A stretch of 64,000 nt of DNA, taken from Lingula anatina (lineage: Eukaryota > Animalia > Brachiopoda). Positions 12,701 through 23,589 of the stretch are shown here, one piece after another (positions within the stretch are counted from its first letter, which is position 1; every line of letters begins with the position of its first letter). Under the pieces are notes generated by a model that was not told the origin of the DNA, made no database searches, and saw only the letters and a list, made by a program, of their open reading frames with translations. The position numbers and the translations under genes are program-made. The stretch is from NCBI GenBank assembly GCA_051362555.1, contig CM120645.1, forward strand, positions 19,716,001 to 19,780,000. Direction: 5' to 3'.

Positions 12701-15193
12701 CGTTCACATGCAATGTCTATTTTCTAAATTCTATTTTCTATTCGCGCTATCTTATGATCACGGTCTGTGCCCTGAATATCCTGCGGCGTAATTACTGGCA
12801 GCGCGAGCCAGTTACTTATAGTAACTTATAGTAACTGGCTCACGCTGCCAGCAAGTTTTTATGGGAAAAGGTCCACTTTTTCAGAAAAAGAACCCCCCTT
12901 TTGAAATTACTGGCTATGGGCATGTTATATTGTGATAACAGGCAAGTTTTTTTACCTCTAACAATCTCTGTATGCAAGATCCAATAGTCCGTGCCTCATT
13001 CAGTGTAGGAATAACCACTGAGAGTTTGGGTGTTCTTAGTGAGTCACTGGATACACCAATAACCTTCTCAAACTCTTTGATATCTTCTGGCAAATCCTGT
13101 GAGTAAAGTCACCACAGATGCAGTACTCAGTTACAATTACAGTTTCTGAGACACAACAACAGCTAAAATTAGAATTACATTTTTTTGTATTAACACACCT
13201 GTCCAATATTTTGATGTCTTTTTCCAAAAATATATGGTAATGACTCGCTCTTTTTAATAGGCAAAAATTATCAAACTTTCAAATGCATAATTTTTTTAAT
13301 CACAAAATTATATTTCTGTATAGCATATGTGGTGCTATATTTCTGCAAAGAATACAACTATAGGGCAGCCTGCCTTTTAATTAAAAAAAAAAAAAAGATC
13401 AAGTAATTACAGTATATGCAGGAGTATAATCATTTTGAATGAATGTAGTACTCGGGAGATGAATCATTTACAGTACCACCAGGCCTGTTGGAGGCTGCCA
13501 AGGTCAATATAAAATAGGCTGCTGGGTCACAAGCTGGGAAGAAATGACCAGGATTTGGTACTTATTCAGAAGCTTTGGCCAGTACATATACATGTTATCG
13601 ATCCTTCTACACCCCTCCTCTGGCATCAATAAATAAATATACTGGTATACATAACTTGAAACTTACATAATTATATTTTTTCTTCAAAGATTTCTTCAGA
13701 TTTTTTTATAAATTTTCAGTTTGACATTTGATTATGCAAAGCATATTCTGTAAGCACATACAGTACCACATCTTGTAGTTGTGCAGTCAGGACGTTGGTT
13801 GTTATCCCTGCCCTGTCTGCTGCCTGACACTGCTGGCGAAACACTTTGTCTGTGCCCCAGTCCATACCAGCAAACAATTCATCTGTCAAAACAATCAAGA
13901 ATATAAGCTGGTGTTATGAACAATGTAAATACAAAAAAAAAATAAATAAAATCCAATATTAATGGTATAATTTGGAAAAATCTATGATTCTTGTCATTTT
14001 TTCTTGTCCTGCAGACCCAATTAATGAAATTATATATGAAGAGCAAGTATTCAAACACAATATTAATTACCTCCGCCAAGGAGGTTATGTTTTCACCCCT
14101 GTTTGTTTGTCTGTTTGTCCGCCAGTCATCAACATAACTCAAAAAAGTTATGGACCGATTTTGATGAAATTTTCAGGAACTGTCAGAAGTGGGCCAAGGA
14201 TCGAAGAGATAATTAGTTTTGGTGGTGATCTGGATCAATAATCAATCAATAATCAATAATCAAAAAAACTAAGTTATGGACTGATTTTGATGAAATTTTC
14301 AGGAATTGTCAGAAGTGGGCCAAGGAACAGATGATTAGTTTTTGGTGGTGATCTGGATCAATAATCAATCAATAATAATCAAAATTTGCTGCCTTGGCGG
14401 AGGTCTGCGCTCTCGGAGTGCTTTTCTAGCTTTTAAAAAGCTCTTTAAAGTTTTGATTCAGTCTTTATTTTCAAGTGCAAGTCCTGGTAATTTACCAATA
14501 ATATGTAGTTAAGAATTATAGTGCATCCCTACCCAGCCTTCCCCTGGTCTTTCTTTGCAGTCCAACTAAGTAGTATCCCCCATCCAGGGCCTTTCCTAAG
14601 ACCATCTGACTAGCCTCTGACCGCAGCATGTCCAGAGCTTCCTCCAAGATTTCTACACTGATTCCTGGAATATCACTACCTAGAATACAAATATTCATCC
14701 TATCTTATCAATTCAGTTTTAAAATGAAAACTCAGAGAGGGTTTTATGGATTCTTGTTCTGGAAAATGTGTTAGTTATGGTACATGTAGAATAATGCTTT
14801 AGGGAAAATTGATGAAATTCTCAAAAAAATTATTATGTTTGCTGTATTACTTTAATTGCTGTGTTTTAAATTTGTTCAGAATCTCCAACATTTTTCAGGT
14901 TTCTGTATATTTCAACAAAGAACTTAGTATCAGTTTGTTCCATGAAGTTTGGCATACCTACTATTAGCACTCTCTCCTCTCCTTGAGCAAAGTGATCTTC
15001 AAAAGCATTCTTTATCTTGTCCCCCAGGGTTTCTCCTCTTTGTGGTTTCCATGACAAATTTTTCTCCACTCTTCTGTCCATCCAGTACCTCATCTGACTA
15101 TCTGTGCCACCATAGTATTGTATTTCCACCCTGACTGACTGGCGCTGACACTGGAACCTATGGACAACATCTAGAATATGCTCTGTCTGAAAA

Positions 15194-15236
<43 letters not shown>

Positions 15237-16214
15237 AATTAATGAATAAGGTAATTATACACAAATTTCAAACATCTCACAAATTAAAAACTTTATTTTC
15301 TTCAAAATTCACACTATTTAGTTACAAAGTCTCCTGGCAGCTGTCAATAAAGAAATTAAATTCTAGTAGACAACAGAAACCTACAGGTTTATGGCTGACC
15401 AGTAACTGTACAAATTGAAAAAAAAAAATTACTGGTCGGTTCCAAGTTTATTAGCATTTGGCATGGTGCCAGTTGTACCATTCCAAACTAACCATGAACC
15501 TCTGAGCTAGTGCTGCCCCAGCATCACCCAGAAGTGGGATGAGTCTTGTCTTGGCTTTGCCTGGCACAGGATACCTATAGAAATAGAGAGAGAGAGAAAA
15601 AAAAGCTAAGCTGTGTCAATTTAAACTACTCACAGTGAGTAAAGCAATGTTTCTATGTTTGATGCAGATTGAAACAGATAATTCCTGCTCCATATTAGCC
15701 CTGGGGAATGGAGAGTTGAATGCATATATACATGTACATGTAGCTGATCGACTGTTTGATGACCAAGTTGTGCAAAAAAACTTTGTCAGAACAGAACAGT
15801 TTAGAACTATGATTCAGGTAGTCGAAATTCCGATTTCAAGAGGGGAATTATGGTGTGATATATTTTTCAGAAACTGAAGAGGGGGTCAGGACCCCCCCCC
15901 CCCCCCCCCCCCCCCCATATATACCACAGATGTAGTGGTAGTAGAGCTAAGATAATAAACAGATTTTAATCTGTTGGTTTTAAAAAACTAAAAACCAAAC
16001 AAATTAAAAGTAAGCTAGCTACAATTGTTCCAAACATTCATTTATACATACAGTGTGGAGGGTAAAGCTGAATAAAGATACCGATATTACTTGCTTATCA
16101 AAGTCTGCACCTTGTCTCCAATTTTATTATTTACTCAACCTACCTACTAAATATCACTATGGTTTCCTTGTGCTGCCTTGCCTCTGCCCAAAAGTACTGC
16201 AGCAGGCCAGCCAT
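6705..16214 (-). CDS. Fused DUF2064/TIGR04282-type + GT2/TIGR04283-type glycosyltransferase (radical-SAM/selenodomain-associated, arsenosugar-biosynthesis-type), 492 aa, 12 exons
   Basis: Exons 16214-16144, 15574-15493, 15186-14958, 14679-14533, 13882-13767, 13096-12956, 12327-12195, 11718-11547, 10976-10900, 10549-10452, 7317-7222, 6821-6705. All introns are GT-AG and phase-consistent, 1479 nt total. N-domain motifs: [63 protein letters not shown]-domain motifs: [56 protein letters not shown]. Confidence 0.92.
8343..9222 (+). CDS. Nested antisense gene: small secreted cysteine-rich peptide (82-aa model with an in-frame UGA)
   Basis: TATAAATA at 8249-8256. Exon 8343-8391 encodes signal-peptide-like [16 protein letters not shown]. 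Exon 8477-8536 is phase 1-1 with TGA at 8518-8520. Exon 9083-9222 encodes [45 protein letters not shown] (8 Cys). Lies within intron 10 of the glycosyltransferase gene. Confidence 0.7.
8758..9058. mobile_element. Chimeric MITE (left part family A + right part family B) flanked by TAA/TAA
   Basis: 8758-~8890 aligns to family A and ~8893-9058 aligns to family B. TAA at 8755-8757 and 9059-9061. Confidence 0.75.
9792..9861 (+). promoter_or_regulatory. SECIS-like stem-loop (candidate, type I geometry)
   Basis: ATGA 9806-9809, 12 nt, AAA 9822-9824, TGAG 9844-9847. Upper helix 8/10 paired by eye (three G-U pairs). Lower helix catg.g.tgtc / ggca.c.catg. Not computed. Confidence 0.35.
12696..12851 (+). 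mobile_element. Truncated MITE, family B
   Basis: taa|ggcttcgttcacatg... matches the left arm and centre of the full copy at 61659-61917. Confidence 0.8.
14067..14429 (+). mobile_element. Non-autonomous Helentron/HINE (DINE-1-like) element
   Basis: 5' subTIR ACCTCCGCCAAGG, tgtt/tgtc microsatellite, two ~125-bp internal repeats, 3' subTIR CCTTGGCGGAGGT, short hairpin gcgctctcggagtgc and terminal CTAG. Confidence 0.8.
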
Positions 16215-16809
16215 CCTAGCACCCCCTTCTTTCGACTTTGCTGCGTTTTGTCAGGGATCTGCAACGCTGCTCGGTTGAGGAGATTGCCGCATTAAATTAA
16301 AAGTGCCGAGAAATCACAAGATGGAGGTGTGAACAAATGCCCTACATGTCAGATAATTCGAATAAAATCTGCGAACATGCCTGTTTATACTTTTACGGGC
16401 GCCCTTGGGTTAACTAGGCCACATAATCAGTACTTGTAAGAAACGTTTTATAGACTGATAGGCCTGTTTACCTAGAACAGCTGAAACCGGGAACTTAAAC
16501 GAGATGGAAATGCTGAGGTACGGCACGAACCGAATAATAAATATATGGGAGGTACATGTATACATAAATCAACATGATTTGTTAGACATTTACACATTGT
16601 TACCGGATTGAGAGATTACTACGTCAAGCAGTTACTCCCACAAGGAGCTGAATGATTGCGATAGATGTGATAACCGAATGTGTTTAGTAAGAAAGGCAGC
16701 ACGCAGGAGCTAGTTTTCCTTACGAGTTTTATACCTAAACCCGGACTGAAATTCAAATAAAATACTTCTGATAGACAAGGAGGGAAAATTCTAATATTCA
16801 ATAAAAATA

Positions 16810-17070
16810 ATTGAGAAGCACTCAGAGAGCGCGCGCTGATCTCAGCCAAAGCAGTGCAGTTCTCATTATTATCAACAATTTGTTACACAATTAATAAAGT
16901 CAATTCTCGTTTTTTTATCAATAAATAACCTAATTAATTTAATGCATCACCTACAAAATCAAGCCAATTTTTGATTTACGCAACAAATAAAAACTAATCA
17001 AAATCCTTGTTATCCATAACAACCTTTTTTCGGTAATGTTGCTAACAGACAGACAAACAAATAAGTAACT
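16810..17070 (-). mobile_element. Degraded inverted relative of the HINE-like element
   Basis: agaagcactcagagagcgc mirrors the 3' hairpin of 14067-14429, and acagacagacaaacaaa mirrors its microsatellite. Confidence 0.45.
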
Positions 17071-17563
17071 AATAATCAACAATTTATCAATTAGTTAATT
17101 TTAATTTAATAAAAATTAATGGATTACTACCAAATCTCATCGTTTGTCATTTGGCCCCCTCCCGAAAGTTAAAAAAAAAATCATCAAATCGGTACTCAAC
17201 TTCTTCCATAATATTGTTAACAGCCAATCCCATCCCCCACAGCCCTGGATTTTCATAGCCCTGCATATTGTAATTGCTCGGTCAAACAAAATGTCATATG
17301 GACTAATAACTTATCGTTGACGATTCCGGGATTTTCCGTGTTTCGATTGTTAGCCATATTATCGAATAGAGGATGCTTAACTGATATGCTCTGCTGATTG
17401 TGTATTATTGCCGTAACAGAAAGCTACAGCAAACTGCAGAGGTCGCATATTTATAGTCAGGCGGCAATGATTCAGCTACTAAATACGGAAGTGGTGCCTC
17501 TCATTCTATGTATGCAACACAAGCCTATCTTGTGAAACCAAGAGATCTGAGAGCTTCGTGAAA

Positions 17564-18766
17564 ATGGCGATATTTCATTTTGAAGCGAACGAGACATTCG
17601 AAGGCGGGGAAAGATTTCCAGAAAGCGACAATGGTATAAACTGCACGGTTATTCTAGAGGACCAAGGACAGACGAGTAAGGAGCTGTGCGAGCAAACCGG
17701 CAATGGTCTTCTGTGTGCAGCCGAGACGATTCGCCTGTACGGTCGACCAACGGTTTCGATTCTTGGAACCATTTTCAATGTCATTGCTATCGTAGTTTTC
17801 AGCAGACCACAACTTCGCCGTACTCCCACTTGCATTTTTCTCATTGCGGTCGCCATCGGAGATTTGTTAACTGTTCTGAACGGGTTTTTGCCCTGGATCC
17901 AGCAAGACTTGGGGGCAGACTTGTTGACTTCCAGTAGTTTTGTCTGTAAGTTTTCGGTTTTTATTCTCTATTGGGGTCCCGAATTCAGCGCACTCCTCGT
18001 CACTACCATGACCGCTGAGCGTTATATGAAACTGCGCTTTCCAACCACGAACGCGGTCTTTTGCACCGTCAAACATTCCGCCATGGTAATAGTTGTGATA
18101 GGCTCTATGCTGTTCATTTTAAATCTCGAGATTTTAGCCTCGGATATATACTTCAATGTTTGTGGAATGAAAGTTTGCTGGAACGTGTTTGATGATAGCG
18201 AAAGGATGCTAACTCTTACAAATCGGACCGCAACTCTCCGTTACTGGCGGGTCCATAGGTGGATTGCTCTATCTCTGTACTGGATAATTCCCGTGATTTT
18301 ATTACCACTGCTCAACATCCTCATAGCGTTTGAACTGAAGAAACAGACCAGATATTTCATCAACGACGGCACGCGGCTTACTTCCAGCATAGCGACACCC
18401 TTGGTCACATCGCGAGAGATTATACTATCGACAAATAGAGGGATTTCATATATGCTTCTAACCGTAACGCTAGCCTTTATTTTTCTGACCAGCGGGTTTA
18501 ATCTGATCCAGTCGGATATCCTTGATGTGTTTAAGGGGAAGGATTTAGACAGTCGTGCTCGGAGTTCAATGTTGTTCTCAGTGTTCATATTGTTGTTCTA
18601 TGTTAACCATGCGTCAAACTTTTTCTTTTACTGCCTTAGTGTGAGGACGTATAGAACTGTGGTATACAGAATGATTTCACGAGTTCTTTGTGGGCGATTG
18701 TCTTCAAAGTGCAATGCTCGACGACGACTCGATCAAATACCAAATGATGAAACGTGCACGCAATAA
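17564..18766 (+). CDS. Intronless class A (rhodopsin-like) GPCR, FMRFamide/peptide-receptor-like orphan, ~400 aa
   Basis: Single long ORF (first ATG 17564) with seven hydrophobic segments: TM1 GTIFN, TM2 LIAVAIGD, TM3 C...MTAERY, TM5 WIIP...LN, TM7 NHASNFFFYCL. N-terminal N-glycosylation sequons. Confidence 0.93.
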   Translation: MAIFHFEANETFEGGERFPESDNGINCTVILEDQGQTSKELCEQTGNGLLCAAETIRLYGRPTVSILGTIFNVIAIVVFSRPQLRRTPTCIFLIAVAIGDLLTVLNGFLPWIQQDLGADLLTSSSFVCKFSVFILYWGPEFSALLVTTMTAERYMKLRFPTTNAVFCTVKHSAMVIVVIGSMLFILNLEILASDIYFNVCGMKVCWNVFDDSERMLTLTNRTATLRYWRVHRWIALSLYWIIPVILLPLLNILIAFELKKQTRYFINDGTRLTSSIATPLVTSREIILSTNRGISYMLLTVTLAFIFLTSGFNLIQSDILDVFKGKDLDSRARSSMLFSVFILLFYVNHASNFFFYCLSVRTYRTVVYRMISRVLCGRLSSKCNARRRLDQIPNDETCTQ

Positions 18767-19598
18767 CAATGAATGGAAATATGACTGGAATAGGATAAGT
18801 CTAAAGATCTTAGCTTATACGTCTCCGTTATTTACAATCCCTTCGTATTCTGGTCGAGATAAATGTAGAACTATGAACACTGTACATATAACACTGTCTT
18901 ATTCCAAACCCCAGCCACATGTAAAAATGACATTTTGATACTTCTTTTTCAATGTTTTTGTCATTGTCGTTAGTAGTATATTTTCATCATCCCATAATTT
19001 TGATATTTTGCCATTTAATATAATTGAACAATAACTTGCTAAATTTTTGAATGTTTATGCATGTTTATAATTTTTTGTCTCAGATAATGACCACTGATAA
19101 TTACATTGAGTTGTTATCAGATTTTTTCAATGAAGAGTATCGAGCTTCTTTTGCTTTTCTTTCAAGATAAAAAAGATAAACTGGATTTAAATGCATCTTT
19201 TTTACACACGCTTTTATTTTTACCAAAAAAAATTGGTCAGCAATATAATCTGATTTATAATGTTCATGCACATTGATAGAACGTTGCATTTAAGTCAGAA
19301 TTTCAGTTGAACAAACCAGTGCAAAATATTTCCTTAAACCAAAAATAAATAAAATGTTTTTCCTTGTTGATTGACTGCACGCCATTCCATTCTATAAAGT
19401 GCTGACATTCCTCAGAATTCCTTTTCTTCCACCTCCATCAATCTAGCAGCCGCCTCATCAAATAGAAATCTTGACCGATTTAATCTGATATTTTTACACT
19501 GACATTTATCAATTCATTAAGCTAATGTAACGGCATGCAACGCTTCCCAACAGTCTATGTCTTAATAATTCCATCTGATGGATCATTGAGTCTAGTAA

Positions 19599-22500
19599 TT
19601 ATATGTTAATAATCCTGCTCAGCTTCTGTATCCTATTCAACAACAAGTCTCCCTGTTTTATAGCAGCCTGGAAAGAGTAAAACATTCCATATCAATAAGA
19701 TATCAATGCATCTTTAAAGAAATGCTCAATTGGGAGGTGTGTACGTACATATACATATGCCACATTTAAAAGTGTTGATTATGTGTTGACACAGTGCTCA
19801 TATTTGTTTATTCTAACATGTCTATTTCCAACTCTGGCCATGTTCGTGTGTATCCAAGGTATCAACTTCAACTAAGCCTCACCTGGTACTGCCAGTTTTT
19901 GCTGTCAGGTCTGTTAGTCTCTACAATACCACCAACTTTGTCTATCTTACAGTGCAGGCGCCCAGCAGCTATGAAACGGGAAAGCTCTCTGGAGGAAAAT
20001 TTTAACAACAATTATGTAACAAGCAGAAGTCTGTCTCAAAAAACAACTTCTAACAGAAAGCTGATCTAAACTTTTAGCCTCACATTTCAGTTCACTTTGA
20101 CAAAAGATGATTTGCTATTTGTCCAAAGAAAGAAACAACAGCACCTGGTTTATAAACAAGTCTAGAAATAACGCTATAAGACCAAAAATTATCGCATAAA
20201 CATCGACTTAGAAATCTTATCTGTTATTCAATACTGTGCACCTAAATTTATCATAAGTTTGACAAAAAATCATTTAGTGGACTTACTGGTCTATAAATGC
20301 AATGCTGACACCAAACGCTCTTGCCATATAGTCCAGTGTCAAACTCTGATAAGATTCTAGGAGCTGGGCATATGCCAGGATACGCATTTCACGCACATAG
20401 TAGCGATAGTGTGGCGACAGAAGGCGGTCATACTTTAGGAACTCCTCAGTGGCGGCTGAAAGGTTGGAAATAAAGGATTTAATGCATAAAAAAAATTGAA
20501 AAAGTATGTCATATCGTTTTTCAACTAAAAATTCACATCCATGCTCTAAAATGAAAAGGAAATATACAAAGTATGTATGTGACTATTAAGTCGAGTTCAA
20601 AGAAAATTGTACTGAAAATTGCATTCTTATTTCTAATTTCCAATTTTGGAACTTGATCGAGTGATGATTATTGATAACAAGATACTTGTTGGGGATAACA
20701 AGATTTCTAAATTGTTCTCTTTTTCTTAGCTAAATCAAAAAAATATCTTGGTCAAAATTAAAGTTATTGTCACTTTAAAAAGGTAGTTACATAATTCAAC
20801 AATAAATTTTCACATGCCGTGCCAAGAAAATTGGAGCTTACTCGCCCTTTGAGCCACTGAAGCATGGGATCAGTGTCATCACTGTAGACTTCACTTTGCA
20901 ATAAAATGTTATAAATGACATAGAACTAAATCAATTTGCTCACCTAATGACTTAAAGAACTGGGCATAGTGACAGTCGTACAGTGAAAACAAGAACTGTC
21001 GGGTCTCTGGGAGACTGTGAAGAACTTCTAGGATCTCAGAGCCTTTTATTACCTAAAATATATTAATCAATATTTTTTAATATATCTTTTAGGCACAAAT
21101 GAAAATAAAAACGCCAATTTTTTTTCTGAGAGTAAAAAGCTGCCTATATTAATTAATTTCACCTGCTTGTAATTAATCCAGTGCATTATTATGAGGTTCA
21201 AAATTATAATATAAGATGTATAAAATTCAAAGATTTGTTTAAAATTTGATGCATCCTCCAAAAAATGATGTATGTAATTTCAAAGCTTACTCAATTTCTA
21301 TTCACGCACACAATGCACGTTATGAAAATTGTAACAAGTTATCCAGAAAAATTAGTTATCAAATGTCTACAATTTTTTTATTTACCAGTGAAAGTGCATG
21401 TCATTTCACTCACCTTCTCTCTGAGATTTGGCCTCTCCAGTGCTATCATACAACATATAACTGTGTACGCCACAAAAGATTTGTAGTCCATTAACTCGTA
21501 TGAGGTAAATGTTGCTACAGTCTCCAGGAAGTAGTTGGCGGCATTCTTGAAGTCTCGCACTGACATACAGTAGACACCTCTGTAGACCTTAAGTCTGTTC
21601 CTTCTGTCCCAGTCTCCCCCTTCATCTATAAGACTGAAATGACACACAAAAAGATTTCTCATTCATGATGCCAAAGTAGAAAATATCATGAAACAAAAAC
21701 CATACTAAAATACCACATAAAAGAAAAGTGTGATAAAGTACATGTATGAAACAAAGACCAATGGCCTATATGTATTTAAATTACTGTTACAACATTTTAA
21801 ATCCAGAAATCTAATGCTGTATAGAATTTACTGAGTTGATACTAATGATATATGTATAAAATCCCCAAATAACAAAATCTGATCCCTGAACAACCCATTA
21901 TATAAACTTATAAAGTTTCAAGTTTAATGCAAACTAACTGATCAATTCTAATAATTCCATAGCATAAAGCAAAAATGACATTTAATTTTTCTTCAGATTA
22001 TCAAATAAAATTTCCATTCTTTTCTATTAAATAAAATTTCGATTATTTTATTAATCATGTCTGAAAGGGTATGATAACGTATACCTTTGTGCTTTTTCTA
22101 TATTTCTAGTAATGAGATCATTATCCAGGTAGAAGAGTCCTATACGAAGAATATGGAATACAATATCAAGCCTGTTGCCCACTGTTATGGCCTTCTCATT
22201 TGTCTTGCGGAATTCACTGAGAGCTGCTTCCTAAAAAAATTCAATAAACATTTTCCGTCAGTGTTAAAATTCATATATGTCAAACTTGATGACTGATGAA
22301 TCATTCCATCTTTAATCTCCATTTAATTTGCAAATAAAAATAACTTAACTGACTTGGTTATCTAAAACTATTATTCTAGCAATTATTTCAATGATATCAA
22401 TGTATTTTTTGTCAGTTATCAATTTGTGAAGTTTTGTAATTATAGTACTTGACCATAATTTGTTATAAAAACATTTAATTTATTACAATAATTATTTCAT

Positions 22501-23227
22501 TTATGTTTTTTAAACAGAGATAAAGAACTTGAAGTTCTGCTTATTTCACACCTTATCTCCTATTTTACTGAGATATAAAGACTTTGCCAACATGGCATCT
22601 CTGACATCTGTTTCTCCCAAATTCTTCTCAGCATCTTCAATTGCCGCATCTAGCTTTTTGAGTTCATCTTCGTTTGCTTTCTTCATATTCTGCAACAGTT
22701 TAGTGTCAACCTTCCATCCCATCTCTTGACAAACTTGTTCATAGAAGGGAGACATATCTGGAATATTGAGAATTTGACAATTCTTTAGCATAAAATATAT
22801 ATCTAATGTTCTCATATTTAGCACTCATGACCAGTAACCTCTTTCAACTTCAAGGGGCCCTCATGATCCATTATCACTCAGGGAATTTAATTTACATTTT
22901 ATACCGTATTTTATAATACCTCATATCTGCATTTATAATATCAGTATTAATCTTAACTCCGTAGTACTGTAACACAAATTTTAGAGCCATAAACAAAACA
23001 AAAGAAATTGACAAAATCCGTGACATTGCAAAATTTGGAGAAAGTCTACTTGTATTTTTGAAATTTTAAATGTTATAATTACTATCGGCCTTGATCCCTT
23101 CCATGAGTTTGTTCTTGACATCTTTGTCATTTTTGTACTTGTCAGTTAAGAGCAAAAACTTGTACTGAGCAAGCTCTAAGTTAGGTATTCTTTCCAATCC
23201 CTCTTCTTCCCAATTTTCGACCGGCAT
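19599..23227 (-). CDS. PSMD6: 26S proteasome non-ATPase regulatory subunit 6 (Rpn7), 8 coding exons
   Basis: Starts [24 protein letters not shown]; internal [18 protein letters not shown] and [15 protein letters not shown]; ends [17 protein letters not shown]. Exons approx. 23227-23083, 22757-22552, 22230-22085, 21633-21413, 21052-20944, 20455-20287, 19989-19823, 19668-19599. Confidence 0.97.
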
Positions 23228-23589
23228 GATGGTGTGACGTCATAAAAATGGAAACAAAATTGCTGTCGATATTCAGACAGCTGTTCGGGAATCTTGGAAT
23301 TTTCACATTTCTTTTTTGAATTGCTGAACTTCTTTTGAGTCTTAGCTCCATTAAACTATTTAGAAGTATGTATGTTTTATTTAAAGGCCACTTATTATTA
23401 AAGAAACAATAGAATTTTGCCTATTTCACGAGAAATCGAAAAAAATCTTATAAACTTAACCTTGGGTGTGTCTTGCAAAGTCATAACATTTGCCCTGCCC
23501 CCTACTACCAGTACTTCAAGAGTAGTAGTTGAAGTCTCCCCAAGACATCTTTTTACTGCAAATGCTGCTGATTTTGACAACTTGAAATT
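23228..23589. promoter_or_regulatory. PSMD6/APPL bidirectional promoter region
   Basis: The two start codons point away from each other with 362 bp between them. Perfect CRE palindrome TGACGTCA at 23235-23242. Confidence 0.7.

Noticed and set aside
6705-16214. Bacterial contamination as the source of the glycosyltransferase sequence
   Set aside because: The gene has 11 spliceosomal introns containing host MITEs and is flanked by typical animal genes.
16253-16292. Upstream ATG for the glycosyltransferase gene
   Set aside because: It closes after 13 codons (MRQSPQPSSVADP*), so it is at most a uORF. The ATG at 16214 gives the homologous N-terminus.
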